A stretch of DNA of 64,000 nt from Lingula anatina (Eukaryota > Animalia > Brachiopoda). Below are positions 23,452-36,275 of this stretch, piece by piece. How positions within the stretch are numbered: the first letter of the stretch is position 1; every line of letters starts with the position of its first letter. The position numbers were made by a program, and so were the translations under genes. The stretch is from assembly GCA_051362555.1 (NCBI GenBank), contig CM120647.1:15104651-15168650 (forward strand). Direction: 5' to 3'. The notes under the pieces were generated by a model, which was not told where the DNA came from, did no database searches, and worked only from the letters and a program-made list of their open reading frames with translations.

Positions 23452-25034
23452 ATATACAAAATATTATTCATGTAATTGTGATATGATTTTTACTCTTTTA
23501 ATCACTAGCAATGATCTACAAAAGCAGTATTTTTTATTTGTGAGGGTTCTGTAACTTGTTGCTCATACAAACAAAAAAGTTTACACTGCTAACATGTACA
23601 GTACAAAACATAAGCTCTTTTCAATTTACGTAATAACAAATTTGCTGTGGTTCTGAGGGTCAGAGATAGCAGTATTTAGATGATGACTTAGCTTCACTTG
23701 TCTAATTACTATGCATATTTAATTCAAACAACACAGGTATCATACCATTATCAACCTTCTGTCTGTATAGGAATTCGGTGTGTTAATTAATTATAAAAAT
23801 GTGACGAATGTCACCTTTTTAATTACCTGGGCCCAACGAACTGAATATCTTGGCTTCGTCTTGATAAAAAATTTGGATACACTGTGCATGAAAGCTCCCG
23901 CTTGGTCCGACCAAGGAAAGTCCTACAATAATAACTTGGTCCGAAGAAGTAGTTGACGTGTTCTTGCAGCTCCCCAAAAGATCCACAGCATGTGACGATG
24001 CGCTGGACACACGACTGAGTCGAGCTCACTCTCCATTTCCTCTGATGATGACACTGCCTCTCATAAGCCTCTCACTCTGCATGTAACTTTTAGCATCGGG
24101 AGGTGACCCCAATCATCTTAGTCGGATCTCCTGAGTATCGCACAACCTTTCCGTCTTTGTAACGGTCTACAGAACAACAAAGTATGCGCTTTGCTGCTTG
24201 AAATTCGGAAAATCTGCAGTGCATTCATCGCACGTTTTCCACCACTGCTACTTGAAACTGTCATGGCCGCCTACACGAATTTAGTTTCGAATGCATGTTT
24301 ACCCCCGTATTTGAACTTAGCATATACTTAATATCCAGGAATCAATAAATAAAAACTACAGAAGACTATTTCAGTTAATTAGTCCCTAACTAACGTTGAA
24401 ATTAACTTAAACATTCTTAAATGCAAATCGAAACTGTGGGAAGCAAAAATGTTTTACGATAATGTAGCCAGAAAATAGAAGAATTTGCGTCGCTGTTGCA
24501 AAATTTGTAGGGAAAAGGCCACGCCAGTGTTTTAATTAATGGTAGGCCCCTTGTCCATATTTTCAGTAAATATCAGTGATATTATCTAAGGTGCTCTACT
24601 AGTGGAGATATAAGGCTATTGACAGGGTGGGTATCTGCGGCAGTCATCAAGTGACCTCAAATAACCTCGGTAGTTTGTAACCATAGCAACGGATTTATGA
24701 TATAAATCTCTGTCGTTATAAAGATTATATATCCATCTTTCAATTGTGGTATTGACCGAAGTAATGTATTGATCACTTGATGCACATTTGTGAAGCAAAC
24801 TTATGTGAAAAATACACCACTCACACAGCTGAAAATTGAGACGGGAGCCACGCGAGGCAGTGCAATATGCATGTGGCTGTATCTCGACAATAACGCAACG
24901 GAAAGCTTTAATATTTTACAGTTAAATTAAGGTCACAAAGGTGATTAACTGTGGGCAAAATGAGTGTATTCTGTGAGAACCCCACCTTGCCGCTTTTTGG
25001 CTGATTTGCCTGGTGGTTAGAAAAACTTGCACTT
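21225..25034 (-). mobile_element. 3.8-kb TTAA-associated DNA transposon (Sola3-like) with decayed transposase 5' exon at ~23827-24270
   Basis: TIRs gtgccagtttttttaagcaccagacaa..gcggcaaggtggggg / ccccaccttgccgc..cctggtggttagaaaaacttgcactt, flanked by TTAA. Empty site gttaacttaattatcaa at ~47243 and ~57679. Minus-strand remnant VVCPAHRHMLWIFW...FVGP|gtaat. Confidence 0.65.
23374..23446. repeat. (TA)n microsatellite
   Basis: Read directly from the sequence. Confidence 0.97.
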
Positions 25035-26286
25035 TTAAAATGATCAAGTTATTATTATACATGTAATATGAACATCCATAAACCAATTTTGGAATTCTAA
25101 ATTTCTTTTTTTTTTTTTTCTAAAATGATCCAAAGTGAAATTCACCTTTCTCAATTTTCATTACAAAAGCAGCTCAAAATGTAGAAAGTTAGAACTCGAT
25201 AACAGGAATTTATGGATTGTAAATCTATGAACAATTCTGGACATATTAAACTAAGATGATTAGTAACTTACTGTGATAAAGACTTTGAAAAAGATACAAA
25301 GTCATGTGAAAAGTATCAAATAAAACTCTTACTACCTTTTTAAATGATAATTATAAAAAAGTAATTAATCATAAAAATTAATAAAACTCATCACCCCTAT
25401 TTAAAATACAGAAAAATAAAAATATAAATAATTAATAAAACTTTCAGTACTCCTATTTGTAAATAAATAATGAATGATAGATAAAATCAATGATAAATAA
25501 GGCTCTCACCACGCCTATTAAGAAACAGCGACCAGCCCGACAATAAAATCAGCGCTCAACCTCAAGTTACGTCTTGTACACAATTATCACCCTGAGCTCT
25601 AGGGCATGTGTGTGTCAGATGAAATAAAGAGAAATACATTTGCATATCAAACCACATTAGTTAGTGCCCTATTCTGAATGAGGCCTAAGCTGCTAAAGCT
25701 GAAAGCAATTTAGCTAGCAGCCCTTTTAGGTACGGGAAACCAGTCAAAAACAGCATTTATAGAGACACTTCTTTAAAGGCAAAATGCTAAAATTGATTTT
25801 TCAAGGGATATAAGCAGTTTTCTCGTACTAACGATCGAATCAGCTATCTTTACCTCTCTGCACTTGACCTTTTAATTAAATTTATAAAAGTCGATTTAGT
25901 TTAAAATGACCGGCCGGTCATTATAACCAGCGACAATATCTTACTAAGCTTTGATGGCGTACCGACCTCCCCCCCCCCCCCAACACACACACACACAGAC
26001 ACACGCTCTCAAACTAAAAAAAAACTGAACAATACTAGGGGCTTGAGCGATAAAATTAATTCCATGCACAAATTCTCTGCACAGTGGAATAAATATCACG
26101 AATAAGCAACGCAGAGATATATGTTAGCAACTATCTAGAGAAAAGTCAGTCTATGGCTCTGGTATAGGGTACACAAAAACACAATCGTCAAGACGGTGGA
26201 TTGCAACAGCAGGCCAACCCAAAATAGGTCACCAATTTCTCGCCTTTGATTTCGCAAAAGGAAAACCAGGGTAGGAGTGACTTAAA

Positions 26287-29200
26287 ATGGCAGCTCTTCG
26301 ACCTAGCCTGGATGCAGCAAGCACTAAGGACAGACTCAAGGGGCGGGTAGCTATAGTCACAGGGGGTGCCAGTGGTATAGGCAGTGCATGTGTGCGACGA
26401 TTCTTGAATGACGGAGCACTTGTTGCCTTCTTCGACATCGACCAAGCTGCCGGGAAACAGTTGGAGGCTAAGCTCCAGGCGGCTGGCTTTGAGACGAAAT
26501 TTTACCAGGTCGACGTTTCTGACCGAGAGGCGTGCTTCAAGGCCGTTAGCCACGTAGCTAGCCAGTACGGTGGCTGCATCAACTTTCTTGTGAACTGTGC
26601 TGCGGTATTCATGTATAAAGGTAAGCAGAAGTTACGGATTGCAAAACAAAAACGCTTTCCGACACCCCACGAGCATTTCCCCCAAATCACTTAATTATAA
26701 GTGCATGTTTGATGAAGACATGCATGTTTTGTGGCATTTTTTACAATCAGGGGGTGTCCTGGGAATGGTCGATCCGGCCATCTTTTCCAGTTGGTTTCCA
26801 ACCTCCCAGCATGAGAGCTGTTCACCCAGTGCAGATCTGTACTGCCAGCTGGCATAATTTTTTCCAGCTTTTCTAATGAAAATAACACCGCTTTTGTTAT
26901 ACAACATTGGTCAAAAAGTTATTCCAGATACCGTGTCTAACACGATTAATGGTTCAAAAAAAAAAAAAAAATTGTGGTGAAAATATAAACATTTTATACC
27001 ATTTAGCCAAATTTATAACAGGTACCCCCTCAAATTTAATGTCCCACTGTGATTTCTAAGATGTAAAGAAATGTCTATTAAATTGAAAAGAGGTCATCAA
27101 ATGTCTCCAAATTTACACACAATTAGCATTAGGGTGTGCTCGTTAAAGCTCACGTGCCTAATAGCGTGTGCGTCTACCACGCACTGTAATTATCTCCTGT
27201 AGACGGCGTGACAAGCCTTTAACACGGGTAACAATTCTGTTTTGTGGGATATTGTCCCATTCTTCTTAAAAATCTTGGGGGTTGGTTCTCCTCTGCATTA
27301 CACACTCCAATTCATGTCACATTATTAAGGTAAATATCAGGGATCAAAGATGGTGGTTCAATCCTTAGAGCGTTGTGTTTCTATAACAAATCCCTTGCTA
27401 GAGGAGAGGTGTGAGCAAGTGTGCTGTCATGATGAAGCCTGGAGTTAACCAAAGCCAGTTCTTGAAGATGAAGTGAGATATCAGCTGAGAATGCTACGGT
27501 CAGTGATCCCACAGGCACCTGAACCTGGCCATCCATCACTGGAAAGAAGTCGGGTTTGATGCAGAATCGATTTATTTCATCGATGGTCAAATGAGGGTCC
27601 GTAGACACGTTGACAAATGCCATTTGTAGGGATGTGTGATAATATCGCCTGAGGTGTTAGATCAGTCCACATTTATAGAACATTCCAGGCCCATGGTATT
27701 CGTACATTGTTCCTTTTGAAATAAAACGTAACTAGGGCATTTTAATGTTATGTTCTCAACAGATAGCTCACTCCGTTTGCAAGAGGTGACTTCAGTGATG
27801 CTACCGGCTTCAATGTGACAACGCACTTGCTCACAGCTCTCGCCTCGCAAACGATTTGTCGCAGAAAAACAGGGCTCTGAGGATGTGACAACCGCCTTTG
27901 AGCCCTAATATTAATTCCACTAAGCACTTGTGACATTAATTGGAATATGTATTGCAGAGGAGAACCAATTCCCAAGTAATGTGGATCAATTCGGCCAAGC
28001 TCTTTATCCCACAAAACAGAATATTATAACCCTTGTTGGAGGCTTGTCGCGCCGCCTACAGGAGATAATTGCAGTATGCGGTAGATACACACGCTATTAG
28101 GCACTTGACCTTTAACGAGCACACCCTAATTTGCTAATTTGTGTAAATTTTGTGACATTTTACGGCGTCTTTTTAATTTAACAGACATTCCTTAACATCT
28201 GTGGAAATCACAGTGAAACATTGGATTTGCGGGGGTACCTGTTATAAATTTGACTAAATGGTATAAAATGTGCATATTTTCGCGACTATTTTGTATTTTC
28301 TGAACCATTAATCATGTTAGAGATGGTATCTGGAATAAAAAGCACCTTTTCTAACAATTTACATCTGAGAGGTTATCATTTGTTAATAAAAGTACAAGAA
28401 AATGTGGGTGGGACAACCTTTTTGACCAATGTTGTATTTCCCAGTGTATATATATCTTGTCTACATGCACCGACGGCACGATATCAAAACCTACCAGCTG
28501 GCAATGACCTGATTAAAGAATATTTAGGTGAACGGATCCACTGAATACCCCCGCATAGACCTACCTGACCTACCTGACGTGCGAACGTGAGACAATTTAA
28601 AACTTAACTCGCGCTGTGATCCATAATGCATGAACCCTGTGATCCATAATGCATCAACCCTGCATGAACCCTTAGTCGCAACTTTTTTTTTTCAATTCAA
28701 TTCACAACGCAAGAGCACAAGACGTAAGAAACGAGAGACTCGCGTTGCATCTACTGTACACAAAACAAAAGCAGGAAAAACATTGTGTATGCTACTGTGG
28801 AATGGGTGATGGGTCGGGCTGGCCAGGGGGGGAGGGCTGATATTCCTGCTCTCTCTCCTCGGTTCTCAACATTAAATCAACGTTCGTCTTTGTTCGCCAG
28901 CTCTAGATGCCGACACGTCCGACTGGGCACAAGTCATGAGTGTGAATGTGGCTGGATACTCGAATATGGTACAGGCCTGCTTTCCTCACATGAAGACAGG
29001 TAATATACACATCTCTCCTCCTCTTTGTCCTCCTTCCTCTCCTCTCTCAGCTCCTCTCCATATCTCTCTCTCTCTTTCTCTCCCTCTCTCTCCCCACTAT
29101 CTCCCCTCTATCTCCACCTTGTGCGAGTATGAGCATGAATCTTTGCTGTCCACCGTAATAACAACAAAATCTACATCGTGCAGCCAAGTCCTTTCTTTAA

Positions 29201-30407
29201 ACCCCTTTGCACTGGACGGCGTCCTTTCTGCGACCATTAAACTGGGCAGGTCGCCATTGAACGCTCAAAGAACGCACGGTCATCACTTAGATCGCACAGA
29301 CGCCATGGTCACCGCAGTTTTGGGTATGTTCAAAACGATCGCACAGAAAACGAGAGTTAAGCGCACACATGACGTAAAAATTCAGACGCACAAGAGCGAA
29401 TGGCAACGAAATGAATGCATAACTCTAGTCCGGCGCGTTTGACGAATGTGGACGCATAACAAAGCACTGGCCAAAATTGCCAGAGTTGCCAAATTTTTTT
29501 AGCGCGTCGGTCGAGCGCCGACCCTGCCTCGTGTAGGTGTGATCGCACTGACCACAGAAGGAACGCAAAAAAGACGCAGTCCACTGTAAAGGGGTCTTTT
29601 GTCCAATTTGAAGACATCATTCTACCCATCGAACAAAGTTAAAAAGTCAACATTCCATCAATCTAGATATCTGAAATTTATCATATTTCGTCAATATTTT
29701 AGCAATTCGCACAGTACTTAAGCAATATTTCACTGATATTTCATCAACACAGCCGAACCTGACGCCAGATCAGTCGTCAATATAGCCAGCATCTTCGCCC
29801 ACGTGTCATCGGCCAGTAAGTGGACGTACTGTACCAGTAAAGGTGCCGTGCTGGAGCTGACCCGGTGTATGGCACTGGACTTGGCCAAAGATGACATACG
29901 GGTGAACTCCGTGTCACCGGGATCCATAAATACGGCAGCGGTAAGTGTGTGTGTGTGTGTGAGAGAGAGAGAAAGAGAGAGAGAGAGGGGGTGAAGGGTA
30001 TCAGAAGATTCACTGATATCTTCAAATTTGATTGAAGGAACGCTGAATGAGGGTAGCTGAAGCGAGAATGTCATGGCTTTAATGCTGATAATCAAAATCC
30101 ATATTAAAAGCTGTGCGGAAAAGAAGAAAAACAGAATAAAAACACTGCCAAAATAATATCATTCATATTTCAGGTCGCAAAATTTTTCGCAGGCGATGAA
30201 GACCAAAAGAAGTGGTTCGAGGGATGTCACATGATGAACCGTCTCGGCGAAAGCGCAGAAGTTGCCGCCGCCATTGTCTTCCTCTGCAGCAAAGACGCAT
30301 CCTTCATCACTGGCGCTGATCTCTCGGTAGATGGCGGGTACGCAGCAGTAGGCCCTGAAAGGCATGGGAAAGATGGAGCCAAGTTTACTGGCACGATCCC
30401 AAAGTAG
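26287..30407 (+). CDS. Classical SDR oxidoreductase, paralogue C (exons 26287-26620, 28901-28999, 29753-29940, 30174-30407; 284 aa)
   Basis: Intact spliced ORF with GT-AG introns; [24 protein letters not shown]; AATAAA at 30574. Confidence 0.92.
26902..28434. mobile_element. Fold-back Tc1/mariner derivative made of two inverted right halves, in intron 1 of paralogue C; left-truncated copy 59038-60420
   Basis: TA|caacattggtcaaaaag...ctttttgaccaatgttg|TA, empty site ttgttatatttcccagt in B. Decayed Tc1 transposase C-termini on both strands: + strand LQCDNALAHSSR...PLSPNINSTKHL...LSRRLQEIIAVCGRYTRY*; - strand HHDSTLAHTSPL...EWDNIPQNRI...LSRRLQEIITVRGRRTRY*. Confidence 0.85.
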
Positions 30408-32748
30408 ATGCTGCACCTGTCCTTCACTTAGAACTGAGCAAAGTTTAACTGTCCACTGGTCCGACTGGTTCCTACCATGTGCCCATTGCCCTTCCATTTT
30501 AGAAAATAGGGGAGGATCATCTCGCGACACCACGAAATTAAATCGTTGGTAGAAAAATGAATAGAAAAACGCCAATAAAATAGCTAGTCCTTCTATGTTT
30601 AATGCCTTACATAATGCATGGTATAAATAATGCAATGCAGAATAACAAGATACAGTACGAAAAGCAATGCCTTATTGGTTGTAAAGGTATATATGGAGAG
30701 CGTATTGAGACGAATGTCATAGTAAAATGCTTAACAATAACAAAAATAATAAAAGTAGTGCAATTAGAAAGTCTCTTTGAGGTAATTATACTGTCACCTA
30801 GTATTTCAGAGATTAAAACTTTTTAGTAGTTGTATTACAGGCCGGCTTTATCCAGACCCTTTTCCGTTGTATAAGCCATTCAAATGACAGTTCACGGATT
30901 ATCCTATATTACAATGAACTTCTGCTAGTGTAATCAAAGCATGTTCCATATTTCCTTGACAATGGTCAAAGATATTCTGTATAGTTTTTCAACAACAAAT
31001 GTTATTTTCCCTCGAGAAATAAATTTAACTCATGAAACGTTGCACAACCAGGCCTTGTATTGGGTTTGGGGCTTTTCTAATGATTCCAACTTACTTCTAG
31101 TCCAGCCATCATTGTTTCTGGCATCCAAAAAGAAACTGTCAACATCATTTGATGGACTTTCTAGTTTTATAAAGTATGAATTGGGTAAGATACGTAATCA
31201 TGAAGGATATTTAGACATGAAAAATATGACTTTGGGAACAAATTTGAAATAGGTATAGAATATCTTTAAAGCATTGAAACAGAGTCCATTACATGAGCCT
31301 TAAAAATCAACTGACTGGATGCATATGATTCACATGTTTTTCCAAGTAAAATGACAGTCCTAGAACATTACATAAATAAGGAAATAAATATTCCTGTCAT
31401 TTGACCTCTCCAACGACATGTTTCTTTCTCTCTGGTACAAACGGAACAGCGCCTGGCTTGCTATGTGCTCTTCTGTTAGCCTCCCCGGAAGAGTAAATAT
31501 ATAATTTTTGACATTTATTTTTAAAAAATAAGAAAATGATTTACAAATTCAATACAGTGATTTCACATTGATTACTTTCTAAAAGGTCAGTCAGTCAACT
31601 TTTTCAAAAGGAACTTAGTAATATAATCAATCTAGTATTACACAACTAAGCTTTGACTTTTAACAGAAGTACTTTTATAATGCCTTCAAAATTTGACAGT
31701 CTCTTATTTTGCAATGATACAACATTCTGGGTGGAATTATGTACAGAAATGTCCCTTGGTGTTAAATAAACTAAAGAATATATAATTTATGCTTAATACT
31801 TGGTCATTTCATATTAAGTTTTTTCATGGTTTTTATCATTTTAAGTTTTAAAGATGACTATAGATAAATCTTTATGCATTATGATCATACTTTCTTTACA
31901 TTGATCCCTTTATCTCTTATCTCCTTCTAACTGCGGTTTACAATATGGAGATAATTACAAAAGGCAACCTTTTTAAAAAAAAAAGAAACAAGGACCAACT
32001 TTGAAAGTAGGAAAAAATTATTAATTATTAGTGGAATGGAAAAATAGCCGTTTACCCCAGTAAAGTCCTTTTTTGGCCAAAACAATCAGTTGTTATTCGT
32101 CAAACCTTTCAGCGATAGCGAGTAAAACCCTATGCGCCAGTTATGTACATATATATGCATCAACGACATATCAAAACATAAGAATCATAAATGGTCCTGC
32201 AAATGTAAGATCTTCCAGGATTGACAAAATACAAACAGAAAAAACCGAAAATGTAGGAGCCACATACATGTACCTTTACGAAAATTCCCTGTCGGCTACA
32301 AACACTATACATGTAAAGAGACACCATGGGATTTACCCGCCAAAATGGATTTTCCAAGGGAAATAAGCAATTTTCTTATACTAACAATCCGATTGTCTAT
32401 TCATCTCTGGACTTGAATTCGACCTTTTAGTTAAATCTTGGACATAATAATGAATTAAGTCCAAGGTTAAATTTAAAAAAGTTGATATAGTTTAAGATGA
32501 CTGGCCATGAAATTAATTCTATGCACAAATTCTCTGGACAGTGGAGTAAATGTCTCGAATAAGCAACGCAGAGACATATGTTCGCAAATATCTAGAGAAA
32601 AGTCAATTAAGCTATGGTCCTGGTAAAAGGTTCACAAAAACACAATCGTCAAGACGGTGACCCGCAACAGCAGGCCAACCCAAAATAGGTCACTGGTTTC
32701 TCGCTTTTGATTCTGTAAAATGGAAAACCAGGTCAGGAGTGACTTAAA

Positions 32749-33657
32749 ATGGCAGCTCTTCAACCTAGCCTGGATGCAGCAAGCACTAAGGACAGACTCA
32801 AGGGGTGGGTAGCTATAGTCACGGGGGGAGCCGGTGGTATAGGCAGTGCATGTGTACGACGATTCTTGAATGACGGAGCACTTAATTGTTGCCTTCTTCG
32901 ACATCGACCAAGTTGCCGGGAAACAGTTGGAGGCTAAGCTCCAGGCGGCTGGCTTTGAGACGAAATTTTACCAGGTCGACGTTTCTGACAGAGAGGCGTG
33001 CTACAAGGCCGTTAGCCACGTAGCTAACCAGTACGGTGGCTGCATCAACTTTCTTGTGAACTGTGCTGCGGCATTTATATTAAAAGGCAAGTTGAAGTTA
33101 CGGATTGCGGGAAACGATTTCCGACACCCCACGAGCATTTTTTACAAAATCATTTTTACAAAATCATATAAAAAGCACCACCTTTGTTATATATCCCAAT
33201 ATATATATACAGACTTGACATTTAATGTGGAATATTTTCTCCAAACTATAATTAATTAGTTTTTTTCCTATTTTGCTGACTGATACATAAAATAAGGATT
33301 AAAATCGTGTTTTAAAAACTTTTGATAATCTGTTCGATGTCATTGTGACATCAGTTCATTAATTGAATTCGCCAGTGAAGCAAACAAAAATACATTGCCT
33401 ATTTTAAGTTGTACGACAACCATTGAAAGCGATATTTTGGATCTCCATATTTCCAAATTGTCGTCTTTAAAAGAGTTACATGACCCACAAAGGCCCCTCA
33501 TCTCAGTGTCTAGTCAAAGCAATGGTCGCTGTTATGCAGGACCCCCTCTTGCTGCTACCAGAGCTTTCAAGCGGCAAGGCATTCCTTGGGATAGCTTTTT
33601 AGAGTTTAATCTGGAAGAAAATTCCAGGCAACGGTTAAAACTTGTCCAATTTGGTTC

Positions 33658-33718
<61 letters not shown>

Positions 33719-34692
33719 TAGGACATACAGGGCGTTGATACAGCTAGTAATGACCTACCCACATATTGTCTATGTGGTTCAAATATGGCGATTTTGATGA
33801 CCAAGGTAACTGCTCATTCCCTTGGTTCTGCAAGTTATCTGCCATTAAAAGTGCTTTGTGTGAACCGGCAATCTCATCGTGCGACCTAAAATTGCTCCTA
33901 AGGTGCCCCCTTTCAGATGATGGTTAAGTGGTTTCCAGAGTATTCCTTTATTTAATCTGGTTCAGGTTTCCATTGATGACTCCCATTGGTAGTTTGGCAC
34001 CAATGTGGTATCCACTCTGAATAGTGACGCTGTCAATGACCCTAGTCACTTAAGAAGTGGCCTCTTCAGGATATCTATAAACTCCGTTTTGACCAGTTTA
34101 GCGGTACAGGTGAAATCTGACCTCAATAAAGAAACCCACGCGGTTTCCGTGTTCTACCCAGAAACGGTCATGGTTCCCAATTCATTAGAGAAACAGACTA
34201 CGCTGTTTTGCTGTTTACAATGGCTTCCTCAGAGGTCGCCTGATATCTTACAGAGCATTCCGTTTGACACAATAATCTGTCTTGCCATATCTATATTTTT
34301 CGAGCCCTTCTGGCACAGGTTATCAATTTTATAAAACACTGCTTAACTCATTTTACGCACTGCAAAACAGACCGTTTGCATGCCAAATTTCGAATTCTTC
34401 GATTCAGTAGTTGCCGACATATGGATACTTTTTTTTTTGACAGAATCATGTTTCATCAAAGGCAAGCTTTGACCAGCCCAGGAGCACTAGCCAATTAAAT
34501 CATTGCATATTACACAATGCAGCAGTGGTAGCGACACACCTGACTTCATATTTCTCCAGTCAGATATCTTATGTGAGATCTGAGTTTTTTGAAAAAAGAA
34601 CGCATTTTTACCTAGGTATACCTTTAAAACTGAAATATTCCATATTAAATGCCAAGTCTGTATAAACAGTTAGGACCGTAGCCCCCCCCCCC

Positions 34693-34738
<46 letters not shown>

Positions 34739-36060
34739 AGAGAGAGAGAGAGAGGGAGAGGGAGAGAGGGGGGTTACATTACATCAAACACAACATTAAA
34801 ATATGTATGCTACATTGAGATCATTGACGAAAGGCTGGTCCTGATATCCCTGCTCTCTCTCCTCTCGCTTGTCAACATTTAATCAACGTTCGTCTTTGTT
34901 CCCCAGCTTTAGATGCCGACACGTCCGACTGGGCACAAGTCATAAGTGTGAATGTGGCTGGATACTCGAATATGGTACAGGCCTGCTTTCCTCACATGAA
35001 GACAGGTAAACATATCTCTATTTTATTCTCCATCTCCTCCTCTCCATCTCTTTCTCTCCCTCTCTTTCTCCATCCAATAATACCGGTGTCATGAAACTGA
35101 GGGTCCGCCCTCCATATAGTTATAATGGTTAGGGTTAGTCTGACCTAAGTGGGTCAAAATCTAGGGCGAGGCTCACCTGTACAAAGTAATGGGAAGCAGA
35201 GTCTTCTGTCATGGGCGACTTTCTGGTACATGGCACCGACCAAGGAGAGCCACTCGCCAACATGGCGGCGGACACCTGTACAAAGTAATGGGAATCGGAG
35301 TCTTTTGTCATGGGGGACTTTCTGGTACATGGCACCGGCCAAGGAGAGCCACTCGCCAACATGGCGGCGGACCCGATGATTAACAAATTTTGCTGATTTG
35401 TATAGTTGCATCAACGATATTAATTACCTATTTATAAATTTTGCTTATGTACGTTGTGAATGACCATTTCCTGTGTTTGCTTGCGACTGCTTTTTCTTTT
35501 TTCCAAGTGCATTGCGCTGTATTAGGGTGTATAACGCACTTTAGGGACGCCCATCTCTTGCCACTCTGTGAAAGTGTGTGCACATGTCTTTGTGTCTCCC
35601 CTCTTTTTAAATAACGAGTTCATAAGTGTTTGTTTCATCTGCCTGTGTCTATCCACCTAAACAACAAAACATCAGCAAAATCAGCATCGTAATTAATACC
35701 GACTTTCTTTCAAATTCAGTCTTTTCTCCAATTAGAATAAATTTTGTTCATCGGACAAAGTTAAAATGCCAACATGCAATCAATCTCCAAATATTTATCA
35801 TATTTTGTCAAAATTGAGCAGTTACATTAATATTTCATCAATACTTCACTGATATTTCACCAACACAGCCGAACCTGACGCCAGATCAGTCGTCAATATA
35901 GCCGGTATGGTCGGCCACGTGGCATCGGCCAGTAAGTGGACGTACTCGACCAGTAAAGGTGCTGTGCTGGGGCTGACCCGGTGTATGGCACTGGACTTGG
36001 CCAAAGATGACATACGGGTGAACTCCGTACGTGTCACCGGGAGCCATAAATACGGCAGCG
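32749..36060 (+). pseudogene. SDR paralogue D pseudogene (exons 32749-33086, 34907-35005, 35869-36060; exon 4 lost)
   Basis: 4-nt frameshift insertions in exon 1 (cttaattgtt, ~32882) and exon 3 (tccgtacgtg, ~36027). Catalytic Ser>Gly (IAG). GC donor at 33087. Intron 3 runs into the YqaJ element at ~36276. Confidence 0.92.
33210..34660 (-). mobile_element. Decayed Tc1/mariner transposon in intron 1 of paralogue D
   Basis: TA|cagacttgacatttaatgtggaatattt ... aaatattccatattaaatgccaagtctg|TA (28-bp TIR, 2 mismatches). Minus-strand C-terminal remnant SQGMPCRLKALVAARGGPA*. Internal ~58-nt poly-T at 33660-33717. Confidence 0.85.
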
Positions 36061-36063
36061 GTA

Positions 36064-36132
<69 letters not shown>

Positions 36133-36275
36133 CAGAAGATTCGCTGATATCGACAAATTTGATTGAAGAAATGATGAAAGATTTGAGCTGAAGAGAGAAT
36201 GTCATGGTTTTAACGCTGATTTTTAAAATCCATATTAAAGGCAGTGCGGAGTAGAAGAAAGAACACTGCCAAAAT

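Noticed and set aside
28936-29442. Long ORFs extending SDR exon 2 (168 aa here; 226 aa at 60692-61372)
   Set aside because: Read-through into intron 2 (CT microsatellite and MITE). The conserved GT donor and phase-compatible exon 3 explain the true structure.
30941-31252. 103-aa ORF identical at 63254-63565
   Set aside because: Identity reflects very recent duplication. The homologous spacer in B, E and F is disrupted and no domain is recognisable.
33660-33717. Poly-T tract giving poly-Phe/poly-Lys ORFs
   Set aside because: Homopolymer inside a dead Tc1. No TSD or retrocopy body identified, and length is unreliable in assemblies.
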